A DNA stretch of 15,479 bases. It comes from Desulfosoma sp. Its GTDB lineage: Bacteria; Desulfobacterota; Syntrophobacteria; Syntrophobacterales; DSM-9756. The position numbers and the translations under genes were made by a program. Under the pieces are notes generated by a model. That model searched no databases and had not been told where the DNA came from. It worked only from the letters and a program-made list of their open reading frames with translations. The stretch lies in the NCBI GenBank assembly GCA_037481835.1, contig JBBFKW010000025.1, positions 1 to 15,479 on the forward strand, written 5' to 3'. Shown here in pieces: positions 1-7,892 of this stretch (positions are counted from its first letter, which is position 1; every line of letters begins with the position of its first letter).

Positions 1-2409
1 CCGTCCCCCGACCCCTCCCGGAACGGTCAAGTCCAAAATGACGGCGGCAAAGGGGTGCCCCTCCGCCAAAGCCTTTTCGAATCGCCTCAGGGCTTCCGTG
101 CCCTCGTGGGCCTCTTCGGTTTCAAAGCCCAACTGTTGCAGCATGGCCGTGAGGACCTCGCGAACGATGGGATCGTCATCCATGAGGAGCAGGCGTCCCG
201 AACCTGCCAGGGGCCCGTCCACGTCTTCCGCCGCCCGTTGGGTGCCGTCCGTTTCCGAAGCCGGCAGATAAAAGACCATTTCGGTGCCTTTCCCCGGCGT
301 GGACCGTACGGTGATGTGGCCGTCGTGCCTTTTGACGATGGAATAGGCGGTGGGAAGGCCCAGACCGCTGCCGTCCTTCTTGGTGGTGAAGTAGGGATCG
401 AAGACGGCATCCAGGTGTTCTCTGGGAATGCCCACGCCTTGGTCCCGAACGGACACGCGCACGTACCGGCCGGGCGGCAAGGGAGGATCGGCGCCCTCAT
501 CTAAGAGGACGTTATGCGCCGAAACGGTGACGACCCCTCCGTGGGGCATGGCCTGGTGGGCGTTGATGACCAGATTTTGGATCACCTGGCTCATCTGGGC
601 TGCATCGTAGTCCACGAGCCAGAGATCCTCGGCCAGATCAAACCGGCATCGGCACGGGGTTCCGCGCAAGGAGAACTCGGTGCAGTCCCGGATGAGATCC
701 TGCAGGGAGCCGGTCTTTTTGATGGGAGCGCCCCCTTTGGCGAAGGTGAGTAGTTGGCGCGTGAGTTCCTGGGCCCGCAGGCAGGCTTTTTCCACGTGCT
801 CCAGCCGGTCGACCAAAGGAGCCCCCGTTTTGGCGGCATGCTTGATCAGGGAAATATGTCCCAGGATGCCCGTCAGGATGTTGTTGAAATCGTGGGCGAT
901 ACCTCCGGCTAGGAGCCCCAGGGATTCCAGCTTCTGAGCTCGAAGCCGTTCCTGTTCGGCCAGTTTCCTGTCGGTGATGTCCTGGATGAAGGTCCAGATG
1001 GAATCCGGCGTCCCGTCGGCGTTCCTGTGGAGATACATGCGCACTTCCACGTCCAGGAGGGAGCCGTCTTTGCGGATGAGCTGCTTTTCGAATTTGTCGG
1101 AAAAGCCCCGTTCCATGAGCAGCCTGCGCATGGCTTTGGTGATGGCGTCGAAGCGCTGGGGCGGGGTCATGTCGAGGCACGCGATCCCCTCGATTTCCCT
1201 AGGGTCCGCATAGCCCAGCATGGCGGCGAAGGGCGGGTTGCATTCCAAGATCACGCCGCGAAAATCCGTGCGCACATACCCGTCGCGGCTTCTTTCATAG
1301 AGTTCCCGGTAGCGCCGTTCCGATTCGGAAAGCTGGGCCTGGGCTTCCCGGCGGCGGCTCAGTTCTTCCTGGAGCCGAGCGTTGGCTTCCCGAAGTTCGG
1401 CTGTTTTTTCGGAGACTTTTTTTTCCAAAAGCCGAGTGGCTTGATCCAGAAGGTCTTCCGAGCGCTTCTTGTGGATCATGGCCCCCACCAGATGGGCGGC
1501 GGTTTTCAGGGCGTCGATTTCCACCGCGTTCCATTGTCGGGGACTGAGGCAATCGTCGAAGCCGATAAATCCCCACAGGGCCCCGTTCACGAAAATGGGG
1601 GCGGCCACCAGGGACAGGATCCCTTGGGCCTGGAGAACAGGCTGTTCCGAAGGCGGGAAGTCTTGGATCAGGCCGTAGATAGGTTCCCCTTGGAGGAAGG
1701 TTTCCATCCATCGGGAAAAGCCTCCGGCATGGACGGGAAAATTTTGAAGATGGGGATTGCCTTTTTGCGACAAAATCCCTTCCGCCGTCCATTCATACCG
1801 TTGGCTGGTGAGCAAGGTGCCGTCCGGGGCGGGGTGATTTTCGAAGACGTAAACACGGCTGACCCGGGCGGCTTCGCCGAGGCGGCCCAAGACCGTCTCC
1901 AGGCTCACTTCGGTTCGGGAGTGCGTAAGAAAATATTCGGAGGCGTAGGCCAAGGCCTGCAGGATGGTGTCTCGAGACGCCAAGGCCTCTTCCAGGGCCT
2001 TTCGGTCTGTCATGTCGTAAAGGACGCCGTGGAGGCGCATCGTGCCGTCGCTGTCCCGAACCACCGAGGCGTGGTCCAGGACCCAGCGGACCTGGCCGCC
2101 GGCTCCGATGAGGCGGTACGCACAGGTCAAGGAACGGCCTTGACGGAGCGCCTGGTGCCGCTCGGCGAGAATCCGTTCCCGGTCTTCGGGATGCACACAG
2201 GCCTCCCAAAATTCGTGGGCTTGAGAGGCGGCCAGAGCCGGGTCGGCGAGGATTTTTTCCGCCTTCGGGGTGATGAAGACGGAGCGGGCCTTTTCGCTTT
2301 GGGCTTCACAGTAGAGCACGGCCGGCATGGGTTCCAAAAGATTGAGATCAGCACGATTGTCCTCAACGCGTTCCCGCACCGCATGCCGCTCCGTCTGTCG
2401 CCTTTCCAT
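1..2409 (-). CDS. Hybrid sensor histidine kinase/response regulator (PAS-GAF-coiled coil-PAS-HisKA-HATPase_c-REC), 3' end runs off the left edge of the window
   Basis: Translated by hand; absent from the ORF track because there is no stop in the window. ATG at 2409 with GGAGG 8-9 nt upstream. Reads MERRQTERHAV... PAS motif FWEACVHPEDRERI...VRWVLD...LYDMTDRK. GAF motif SRVYVFEN...SLVAAPIFVNGALWGFIGFDDC. Second PAS ...LIRKDGS...IQDITDRK. H-box QKLESLGLLAGGIAHDFNNIL; N-box QVIQNLVINAHQAM; G boxes DQGVGIP, FDPYFTTK, GSGLGL. REC: LLLMDDDPIVREVL...VILDLTVPGG. Frame is continuous for 803 codons to position 1. Confidence 0.95.
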   Translation of the reverse strand, partial: MERRQTERHAVRERVEDNRADLNLLEPMPAVLYCEAQSEKARSVFITPKAEKILADPALAASQAHEFWEACVHPEDRERILAERHQALRQGRSLTCAYRLIGAGGQVRWVLDHASVVRDSDGTMRLHGVLYDMTDRKALEEALASRDTILQALAYASEYFLTHSRTEVSLETVLGRLGEAARVSRVYVFENHPAPDGTLLTSQRYEWTAEGILSQKGNPHLQNFPVHAGGFSRWMETFLQGEPIYGLIQDFPPSEQPVLQAQGILSLVAAPIFVNGALWGFIGFDDCLSPRQWNAVEIDALKTAAHLVGAMIHKKRSEDLLDQATRLLEKKVSEKTAELREANARLQEELSRRREAQAQLSESERRYRELYERSRDGYVRTDFRGVILECNPPFAAMLGYADPREIEGIACLDMTPPQRFDAITKAMRRLLMERGFSDKFEKQLIRKDGSLLDVEVRMYLHRNADGTPDSIWTFIQDITDRKLAEQERLRAQKLESLGLLAGGIAHDFNNILTGILGHISLIKHAAKTGAPLVDRLEHVEKACLRAQELTRQLLTFAKGGAPIKKTGSLQDLIRDCTEFSLRGTPCRCRFDLAEDLWLVDYDAAQMSQVIQNLVINAHQAMPHGGVVTVSAHNVLLDEGADPPLPPGRYVRVSVRDQGVGIPREHLDAVFDPYFTTKKDGSGLGLPTAYSIVKRHDGHITVRSTPGKGTEMVFYLPASETDGTQRAAEDVDGPLAGSGRLLLMDDDPIVREVLTAMLQQLGFETEEAHEGTEALRRFEKALAEGHPFAAVILDLTVPGGVGGR

Positions 2410-2502
2410 GGGCTTTTCCCTCCTTCCCCGCGTAGATCCCCCATCGTCGCCGCATCATGGGATCTTTGCCTCTCTCGGGAGGCCGCCCGAGACATGTCCT
2501 TC

Positions 2503-2531
2503 AAATGGAATCAAGTTCCTAGTTTTGTCAA
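2503..2531 (-). promoter_or_regulatory. Possible sigma70-type promoter for the hybrid kinase (perfect -35, poor -10)
   Basis: TTGACA on the minus strand at 2531-2526, about 120 nt upstream of the ATG at 2409. The hexamer 16-17 nt downstream (TCCATT/CCATTT) is a weak match to TATAAT. Confidence 0.3.
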
Positions 2532-2577
2532 CAAATATCCAAAGCGCGCACCAAGGGCCCGGCCCGATGTCAGCTTT

Positions 2578-2594
2578 TTTTACAATTCGTAAAA
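2578..2594. promoter_or_regulatory. AT-rich inverted repeat TTTTAC-N5-GTAAAA, candidate transcription factor/enhancer site
   Basis: Perfect 6-bp arms in the divergent intergenic region, about 115-130 nt upstream of the candidate sigma54 -24 element at 2710. Confidence 0.4.
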
Positions 2595-2708
2595 GGCGGC
2601 GCAGCCCTATGCTTCGGGTTTGGGAAACCGATCGCCGGGGCTTGTAGAAAAAGACGACGTCGCGGCCTGAGTCGCCAATCCCCGGCGCGTTTTCCGGGTG
2701 GAGCGTGA

Positions 2709-2724
2709 TGGTGCGGATTTTGCC
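2709..2724 (+). promoter_or_regulatory. Candidate sigma54 (-24/-12) promoter for the cNMP/HK/RR unit
   Basis: TGGTGCG-GATT-TTGCC: GG(2710-11)-N10-GC(2722-23) with TTGC at -12. Two mismatches to TGGCACG in the -24 box. Confidence 0.45.
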
Positions 2725-2994
2725 TCCTGAAGACACAGGAACCTGACGGCGGAGGCGAAACCTTCTCCCTCATGGTGGGCCGCAGGGGAGAAGACGGCAT
2801 TTTCCTGGGCCGGATGCAACCCCGCTCGGAAGAATCGCGGGCACGCCCGCTTTTGAGGCGCCAGTCGGTATCCACTGTGCCCGGGTGTCAGCTTCACGAG
2901 GGGGCGAGGAGTCTTGAAGACGGTTTCGGGGAGGGGCCGCCCCGGCACTGGGGAGCGGCCGAGCGGATGAGGCTTTTTAACAAGGAGGCGAGAG

Positions 2995-3477
2995 ATGATG
3001 ACCACCGATGAGCTCAAAGGGTGCTCCTTCTTCTTGGTCTTCGGCGATGCCGAACTGGAAAAGATCGGCCAAGTGACCGGGAAGAAAAGCTACAAGAAAG
3101 GCGATGTGGTCTACAAGAACGGGGACCCGGCGCAGAAATTTTTCATCGTCTCCAAAGGGCTGGTCAGCCTCCGGGAATTCCAACCCGGCGATACGGTGGG
3201 GATCGCTTTCGAGACGCGCGGGCCTGGGGAAGTTTTCGGGGTGGCTTCCTTCATGCCCATCAAGAGCTACACCCTCACGGCCGTGTGCCAGGAGGATACG
3301 GAGCTCTTCGAAGTGGACGTGAAGGGCTTGGAAGAACTCATCCAATGGGCGCCCTCCATCGGCTACATTCTCATGAAGGAGGTCGCGTGCATCTACTTCG
3401 ATCGTTATCGCCTGTGCAAGCGCCAATTGTATCAAATGGTGAAAACCCCCACGTTGATCACGGCGCTGCCCGGCTAG
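2995..3477 (+). CDS. Stand-alone cyclic nucleotide-binding (Crp/Fnr effector-type) domain protein, no HTH
   Basis: 160 aa. AAGGAGG RBS at 2982-2988. cNMP-fold pattern YKKGDVVYKNGDPAQKFFIVSKGLV...GPGEVFG...TLTAVCQEDTELFEVD. Too short for a C-terminal HTH. Confidence 0.9.
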   Translation: MMTTDELKGCSFFLVFGDAELEKIGQVTGKKSYKKGDVVYKNGDPAQKFFIVSKGLVSLREFQPGDTVGIAFETRGPGEVFGVASFMPIKSYTLTAVCQEDTELFEVDVKGLEELIQWAPSIGYILMKEVACIYFDRYRLCKRQLYQMVKTPTLITALPG

Positions 3478-3562
3478 AGGGGCTTTCCGGGAGGATCGGC
3501 CTGCGTGCCTTAAAAGCAAAGGAGACGGGCTGGTGCCTCCGAGTGCCCGGCACCTAAGGGTC

Positions 3563-3604
3563 GGCCACCTCAAAGGTGGGGCAAGAACCGCCTTGGGGGT
3601 GGCC
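3563..3604 (+). other. Long intergenic RNA hairpin
   Basis: GGCCACCTCAAAGGTGG (3563-3579) pairs with CCGCCTTGGGGGTGGCC (3588-3604): 16 of 17 pairs including two G-U, 8-nt loop. No U-tract follows. Confidence 0.55.
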
Positions 3605-3669
3605 GCGTGTGCCCTTTCGGCCCAATGGCCCGCCACAGGGCCGCACTGTTTCCCTGTCGGATCGACGCG

Positions 3670-5340
3670 ATGGAAGACAAGTACGGGAATCTTCGCCTCA
3701 AGCTCCTGGCCTCCATGCTGAGCTTTTCCCTGGTGCCGCTCTTTATCGTCGGGCTGAGCCTTTACCACCAGTTCGATCGCGCCTACACGACGAGGGTGCA
3801 AGAAAACCTGCGCGCCTTGGTGGAAGACCGCCGTCACGCGTTGGATCTCTTTTTCGATGAGCGCATCTCCCAGCTTTACACCGTGGCCCACACCCACAGT
3901 TTCGACGAGCTGTGTACACAAACCACGCTGCAGCAGGTTTTCGATCTCATGCAGCGCCGTTCCAAGTACTACGTGGACCTCGGGGTCATCGACGAAAAAG
4001 GGAATCACGTGGCTTATGCCGGCCCCTACGCCCTTAAGGGGGTCAACTATCGGGATGCCGAATGGTTCCAATCGGTGCTCCTTCACGGCATTTACGTGAG
4101 TGACGTGTTCTTGGGGGTTCGCCAGTTTCCCCATTTCATCATCGCGGTGCTCCGACGCGAGGGCGACCGTTACTGGATCCTGCGGGCGACCATCAACACC
4201 GATCTTTTCGAATCCATGGTCAAAGCAGCTCAGGCGGGAGAATTCGGCGACGCCTTTCTTGTCAATGAAAAAAATCTGTTGCAGACTTCTTCGCGTTTCG
4301 TCGGCCGCCCCATGGAGGCACCGCCCATTCCGGCACAGCCCCGTTTCAACGGCTCAAGGCTCATGACCCTGGATATCGGCCAGAGGACCATGCTCGTGGG
4401 AGCCGTCTGGCTGCACAACGTGCCGTGGATGCTCGTGGTCATGGAAGACCCCCAGGAAGAGTTCCTGCCGGTGCTGCAAACGCGGTCTTTGGCGTTGATC
4501 CTGTTGGCTGCGGGCGTGGCCGTCGTCGTCTTGGGCGCCGTCTTCGTCGTCAACCTCATGATCGGCCAGCTCCAAGAGGCGGACCGCCAGAAGGCCCTCT
4601 TGGACGCCGACCTCATGCAGACGAGCAAGATGGCCGCCTTGGGACGATTGGCGGCGGGCATCGCCCATGAAATCAACAATCCCTTGGCCGTGATCCAGGA
4701 AAAGGCCGGCTGGATTCAGGATCTTCTGGAAGAGGAAGACGTTCAAGGGAGCGAAAATTTCAAGGAATTTGAGGCCGCCGTGACCAAGATCCAGCAACAC
4801 GTGGATCGGGCCCGCAACGTGACTCATCGGCTGCTCGGCTTCGCCCGTCGCATGGAACCGGTGCAGCATCCCGTCAACATGAACAAGCTGGTGGAAGAAA
4901 CCCTGACCTTTCTGGAAAACGAAGCGCGCCATCGCAACATTCAAATCACCAAGGAATTGGAAGACAATATGCCCGATGTGCTGAGCGACGGCGCCCAGCT
5001 CCAGCAGGTGATCCTGAACGTGGTCAACAACGCCATCGATGCCGTGGAAAAGGACGGCCGGGTCCACATCAAGACCCGTTACGATAAGGATCTCCAACAC
5101 GTGCTGGTGGAAATCAGCGACACGGGGCCGGGCATTCCTTCCGAGCTCCTGGACAAGATTTTCGATCCCTTTTTCACCACCAAGAAACTGGGCAGCGGCA
5201 CCGGCTTGGGACTGAGCATTTGTCACAGCATCATGACCAAATTGGGGGGGCGTATCGAAGCGCGCAACGGCCCGCAGGGTGGAGCCGTCTTCGTGTTGTC
5301 CGTCCCCGTGCAGCACCACGCGTCCGTGTCCGTGGGATGA
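3670..5340 (+). CDS. Membrane sensor histidine kinase (TM - Cache-type periplasmic domain - TM - HisKA - HATPase_c)
   Basis: Start chosen at ATG 3670 ([13 protein letters not shown]..., 556 aa). TM1 [20 protein letters not shown]. Cache-like [10 protein letters not shown]...NYRDAEWFQ...YVSDVFLG...HFIIAV. TM2 [22 protein letters not shown]-box [21 protein letters not shown]-box [34 protein letters not shown]. Confidence 0.95.
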   Translation: MEDKYGNLRLKLLASMLSFSLVPLFIVGLSLYHQFDRAYTTRVQENLRALVEDRRHALDLFFDERISQLYTVAHTHSFDELCTQTTLQQVFDLMQRRSKYYVDLGVIDEKGNHVAYAGPYALKGVNYRDAEWFQSVLLHGIYVSDVFLGVRQFPHFIIAVLRREGDRYWILRATINTDLFESMVKAAQAGEFGDAFLVNEKNLLQTSSRFVGRPMEAPPIPAQPRFNGSRLMTLDIGQRTMLVGAVWLHNVPWMLVVMEDPQEEFLPVLQTRSLALILLAAGVAVVVLGAVFVVNLMIGQLQEADRQKALLDADLMQTSKMAALGRLAAGIAHEINNPLAVIQEKAGWIQDLLEEEDVQGSENFKEFEAAVTKIQQHVDRARNVTHRLLGFARRMEPVQHPVNMNKLVEETLTFLENEARHRNIQITKELEDNMPDVLSDGAQLQQVILNVVNNAIDAVEKDGRVHIKTRYDKDLQHVLVEISDTGPGIPSELLDKIFDPFFTTKKLGSGTGLGLSICHSIMTKLGGRIEARNGPQGGAVFVLSVPVQHHASVSVG

Positions 5341-5384
5341 CCCCGCAGTGTGCCCGGTCCATTGCGCATAGGAGGCTTCAAACG

Positions 5385-5783
5385 ATGGATCGCCCACCGT
5401 ATCGGGTGTTGGTCGTGGATGACGAGGCGGATTTCTTGGAGACCCTCGTCAGGCGTTTGGAAAGGCGCCAGGTGGAGGCCGTCGGTGTTCCCGGAGGCCG
5501 GGAGGCGCTGGAGGCGCTGGCGGAACGTCCTTTCGACGTGGTGGTCCTGGACGTGAGGATGCCCGGCATGGACGGCCTGGAAGTCTTGAAAGCCATCAAG
5601 ACGCGATGGCCTTTGGTGGAAGTGATTTTGCTCACCGGCCATGCCTCGGTGGAATCGGGCCTGCAGGGCATGCAGCTGGGAGCCTTCGACTATGTGATGA
5701 AACCGTGCAAGCTCACCGATCTTTTGCCCAAAATCGAACTGGCCTACGAGCGCAAATGCCTGCGGGAGAAGACGACTCGATGA
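5385..5783 (+). CDS. Single-domain response regulator (REC only)
   Basis: AGGAGG at 5370-5375, ATG 5385, 132 aa. RVLVVDDE, DVVVLDVRMPGMDG (phosphoacceptor Asp), VILLTGH, GAFDYVMKP. No output domain. Confidence 0.93.
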   Translation: MDRPPYRVLVVDDEADFLETLVRRLERRQVEAVGVPGGREALEALAERPFDVVVLDVRMPGMDGLEVLKAIKTRWPLVEVILLTGHASVESGLQGMQLGAFDYVMKPCKLTDLLPKIELAYERKCLREKTTR

Positions 5784-5817
5784 ACCCCATCACGGGCGGC
5801 CAGTGACAACAAAGGAT

Positions 5818-5854
5818 GAAAGTCTTATAGTCACGGCATTTTACCGAGACTTTC
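5818..5854. terminator. Weak inverted repeat between convergent genes, possible terminator
   Basis: GAAAGTCT (5818-5825) / AGACTTTC (5847-5854) with a 21-nt loop in the 83-nt gap between convergent stops. No clear U-tract. Confidence 0.2.
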
Positions 5855-5866
5855 GTATAAATCCCT

Positions 5867-6802
5867 TCAGAGTCTCAAGGCGTTCATGACGGCGTGGGCG
5901 CCCAAGGCCAAGGCCCCGGCGCCCACGGGGGTGAGGACCCAGCCGAAGGCGATTTTCAGCACCGTACGGGCATTGATGGTTTTGAGATCCTTGGCGACGC
6001 CGACGCCGAGCACGGCGCCGACGACAGCTTGGGATGAGGAGACGGGAACGCGCAGCTGGGTGAATAGATGGAGGGTGGCCGCCTCGGCCAATACCACCAC
6101 CATGGCGGAAAAAGGATCCAGAGGAACGATTCCTTTTCCCACGGTGAGCATGACCCGGCGGCTGTACGTCAAGATCCCCGTTGCAATACTCAATCCGCCG
6201 AGGAGGGCTCCCATATCGTCACGCAGCAAGCCGGCGGTGACGTAAACCCCTGTCACATTGGCCACACTGTTGGCGCCCAATCCATAGGCGGCGTAGCATC
6301 CCGTGAGGAGGACGCCCACGAGAAAAAACCGGTTTCGGGCGGAAAAGGATCGAATCCGTTCCACGACGAGTCGCTCCAGCCCTCGGTGCAGCACCGCGCT
6401 CGAGACCATGGCGGCTACGGGCGTGAGCAGCCAGCAGACGACGATCCTGCTAAGTTGGCCGAAATCGGGGGAGGCGTTCAACAGAGACCAACCGATGATG
6501 GCACCCACAAGCGCCTGCGATGTGGACGCCGGCACGCCAGCTCGGGTCAGACCCGTCATGGTGACGGCCGTGGACACGGTCAGGGCGAAGGCTGCGTCGG
6601 CATGCAAAGCGGCCAGTTTGGAATATGTGGCCATGCATTTGGTGCCTTCCAGGACGGCCCCCAACACCACGTAGGCGGCGGTCAACCACACGGCCCGGGA
6701 AAAGCGCACGAGGCCGCTCGCCACGGCCGTTCCGAAGATGTTGGCGGAATGGTTGGCCCCCAAACTCCATCCCAAAAAAAGGCCGCCCGCGATCCGCCAC
6801 AT
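5867..6802 (-). CDS. PiT (inorganic phosphate transporter/CysP) family anion permease
   Basis: 311 aa, very hydrophobic, with duplicated PiT halves: LGANHSANIFGTAV...GVPASTSQALVGAIIG and LGANSVANVTG...VPVSSSQAVVGAVLGVG...IAFGWVLTP. Adjacent to a DUF47 gene, as is typical for this family. Confidence 0.9.
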   Translation of the reverse strand: MWRIAGGLFLGWSLGANHSANIFGTAVASGLVRFSRAVWLTAAYVVLGAVLEGTKCMATYSKLAALHADAAFALTVSTAVTMTGLTRAGVPASTSQALVGAIIGWSLLNASPDFGQLSRIVVCWLLTPVAAMVSSAVLHRGLERLVVERIRSFSARNRFFLVGVLLTGCYAAYGLGANSVANVTGVYVTAGLLRDDMGALLGGLSIATGILTYSRRVMLTVGKGIVPLDPFSAMVVVLAEAATLHLFTQLRVPVSSSQAVVGAVLGVGVAKDLKTINARTVLKIAFGWVLTPVGAGALALGAHAVMNALRL

Positions 6803-6828
6803 GGTTTCCGCCCGCCTTCCGCAAAGCC

Positions 6829-7455
6829 CTATCGAAAGCTTACGGTGAGCACGTACAGAGCGTCGCTGGCGTCTTCGATGAGATCGCTGAAGGCGGTGAG
6901 GCTTTGGAGGAAGTCGGCGTAGAACTTGCCCTGCCAGAAGTCGGCGACGGGAACCTCGTGGATCTTCTGGTAGATGTCCCCTTTCAGGTCATCCACGCGT
7001 TTTTCCAAAATGCGAATGGCCAAGACCTGCTCGCGGATGTCTTCGCCTCGAACGGCCAATTCGAAGGCCAAGATGAGGATCTCGCACATCTGTTGGTTGA
7101 AGGACGCGATACGGCGGCATTCTTCGGTGATGGAGGGGTGCAGGGCAATGAGGTCGTAATAGCGGGCCGTGTCTTCCACGGTATCGAAGGCCTCGTCCAC
7201 GAGTTCCACGAAGCGGCAGAGATTGGGCCGAAGATAGGGCAGAAAAGCGCCTTCGAAAATGATGGACAGGACCCGGCGTCGAGCCGTATCGCCTTCCCGT
7301 TCCAGATCGAAAATCTTCTCCACCAGGTCTTTGGCATTGGAGGTGAGCAGTTCGGTGAGCGTGTGGCCGGCCGCGCAGAGAAGGTCCAGGTGTTCGTGCA
7401 TGGCCGTCAGAGCGGCCTCCTCCTTGCGGTTTCCGCGCATGAACTTCTTAAGCAT
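6829..7455 (-). CDS. DUF47 family (PhoU-like) phosphate-transport-regulator-type protein
   Basis: Start reassigned to ATG 7455 (MLKKFMRG..., 208 aa), which overlaps the CBS gene stop by 8 nt. Helical repeats LEREGDTARRRVL...EGAFLPYLR...VDEAFDTVED and LEKRVDDLK...SDLIEDASD are typical of DUF47. Confidence 0.88.
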   Translation of the reverse strand: MLKKFMRGNRKEEAALTAMHEHLDLLCAAGHTLTELLTSNAKDLVEKIFDLEREGDTARRRVLSIIFEGAFLPYLRPNLCRFVELVDEAFDTVEDTARYYDLIALHPSITEECRRIASFNQQMCEILILAFELAVRGEDIREQVLAIRILEKRVDDLKGDIYQKIHEVPVADFWQGKFYADFLQSLTAFSDLIEDASDALYVLTVSFR

Positions 7456-7849
7456 GGGGATTCCTGGCTCTGTCGATGAGGGCCGCCTGCATGATGTCCA
7501 TGAGGGCCACCAGGCCCACCACCGTGCCTCCGTCGCAGACGAACACGCGGGCCACATTGGCCTGTTCCATGAGAGCGGCCACGTTCTCCACGGTTTCGTC
7601 CTTGGGCACGCACCGAAGCGGCCGGCAGGCGATGTCTCCGACGCGAATTTTCATGGGATTGAGTCCCTTGGCCAGGACTTTGAAAACGACGTCGCGGGCC
7701 GTGACCACGCCGTCCAATTCCGCGGGATGGGAGGCCCGGACGAGGAGGGATCGGATGCGCTTGTCCACCATTCTTTCGATGGCTTCGTAGACCGAGGCGT
7801 CCGAGGCGATGGATTCCAACTTTCGGGTCATGATCTCTTCGAGCTTCAT
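7448..7849 (-). CDS. CBS-pair domain protein
   Basis: Start at ATG 7849 (MKLEEIMTRK..., 133 aa), preceded by GGAGAGGA. Two CBS motifs: SVYEAIERMVDKRIRSLLV...GVVTARDV and TVENVAALMEQANVARVFV...VVGLVALMDI. Confidence 0.92.
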   Translation of the reverse strand: MKLEEIMTRKLESIASDASVYEAIERMVDKRIRSLLVRASHPAELDGVVTARDVVFKVLAKGLNPMKIRVGDIACRPLRCVPKDETVENVAALMEQANVARVFVCDGGTVVGLVALMDIMQAALIDRARNPHA

Positions 7850-7892
7850 GAAGGGTTTCCTCTCCCGTGCCCGGGGCAGCGTGCCTGGGGTC

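Noticed and set aside
1027..2592. 521-aa plus-strand ORF (also 55..504 and 514..753)
   Set aside because: Codon-aligned antisense shadow of the minus-strand hybrid kinase. No recognisable motifs. Such shadows are common in GC-rich genes.
2839..2857. GGGCACGCCCGCTTTTGA resembling a sigma54 promoter
   Set aside because: The -12 element is not 10 nt from the GG, and sigma54 spacing is strict.
2410..2994. Small ORFs in the divergent intergenic region (2455..2736, 2570..2875, 2607..3017, 2772..3011)
   Set aside because: No convincing RBS/start combination or protein-like features, and they overlap predicted promoter elements.
2977..5397. Minus-strand ORFs of 385 aa and 347 aa
   Set aside because: Antisense to the well-supported cNMP and kinase genes.
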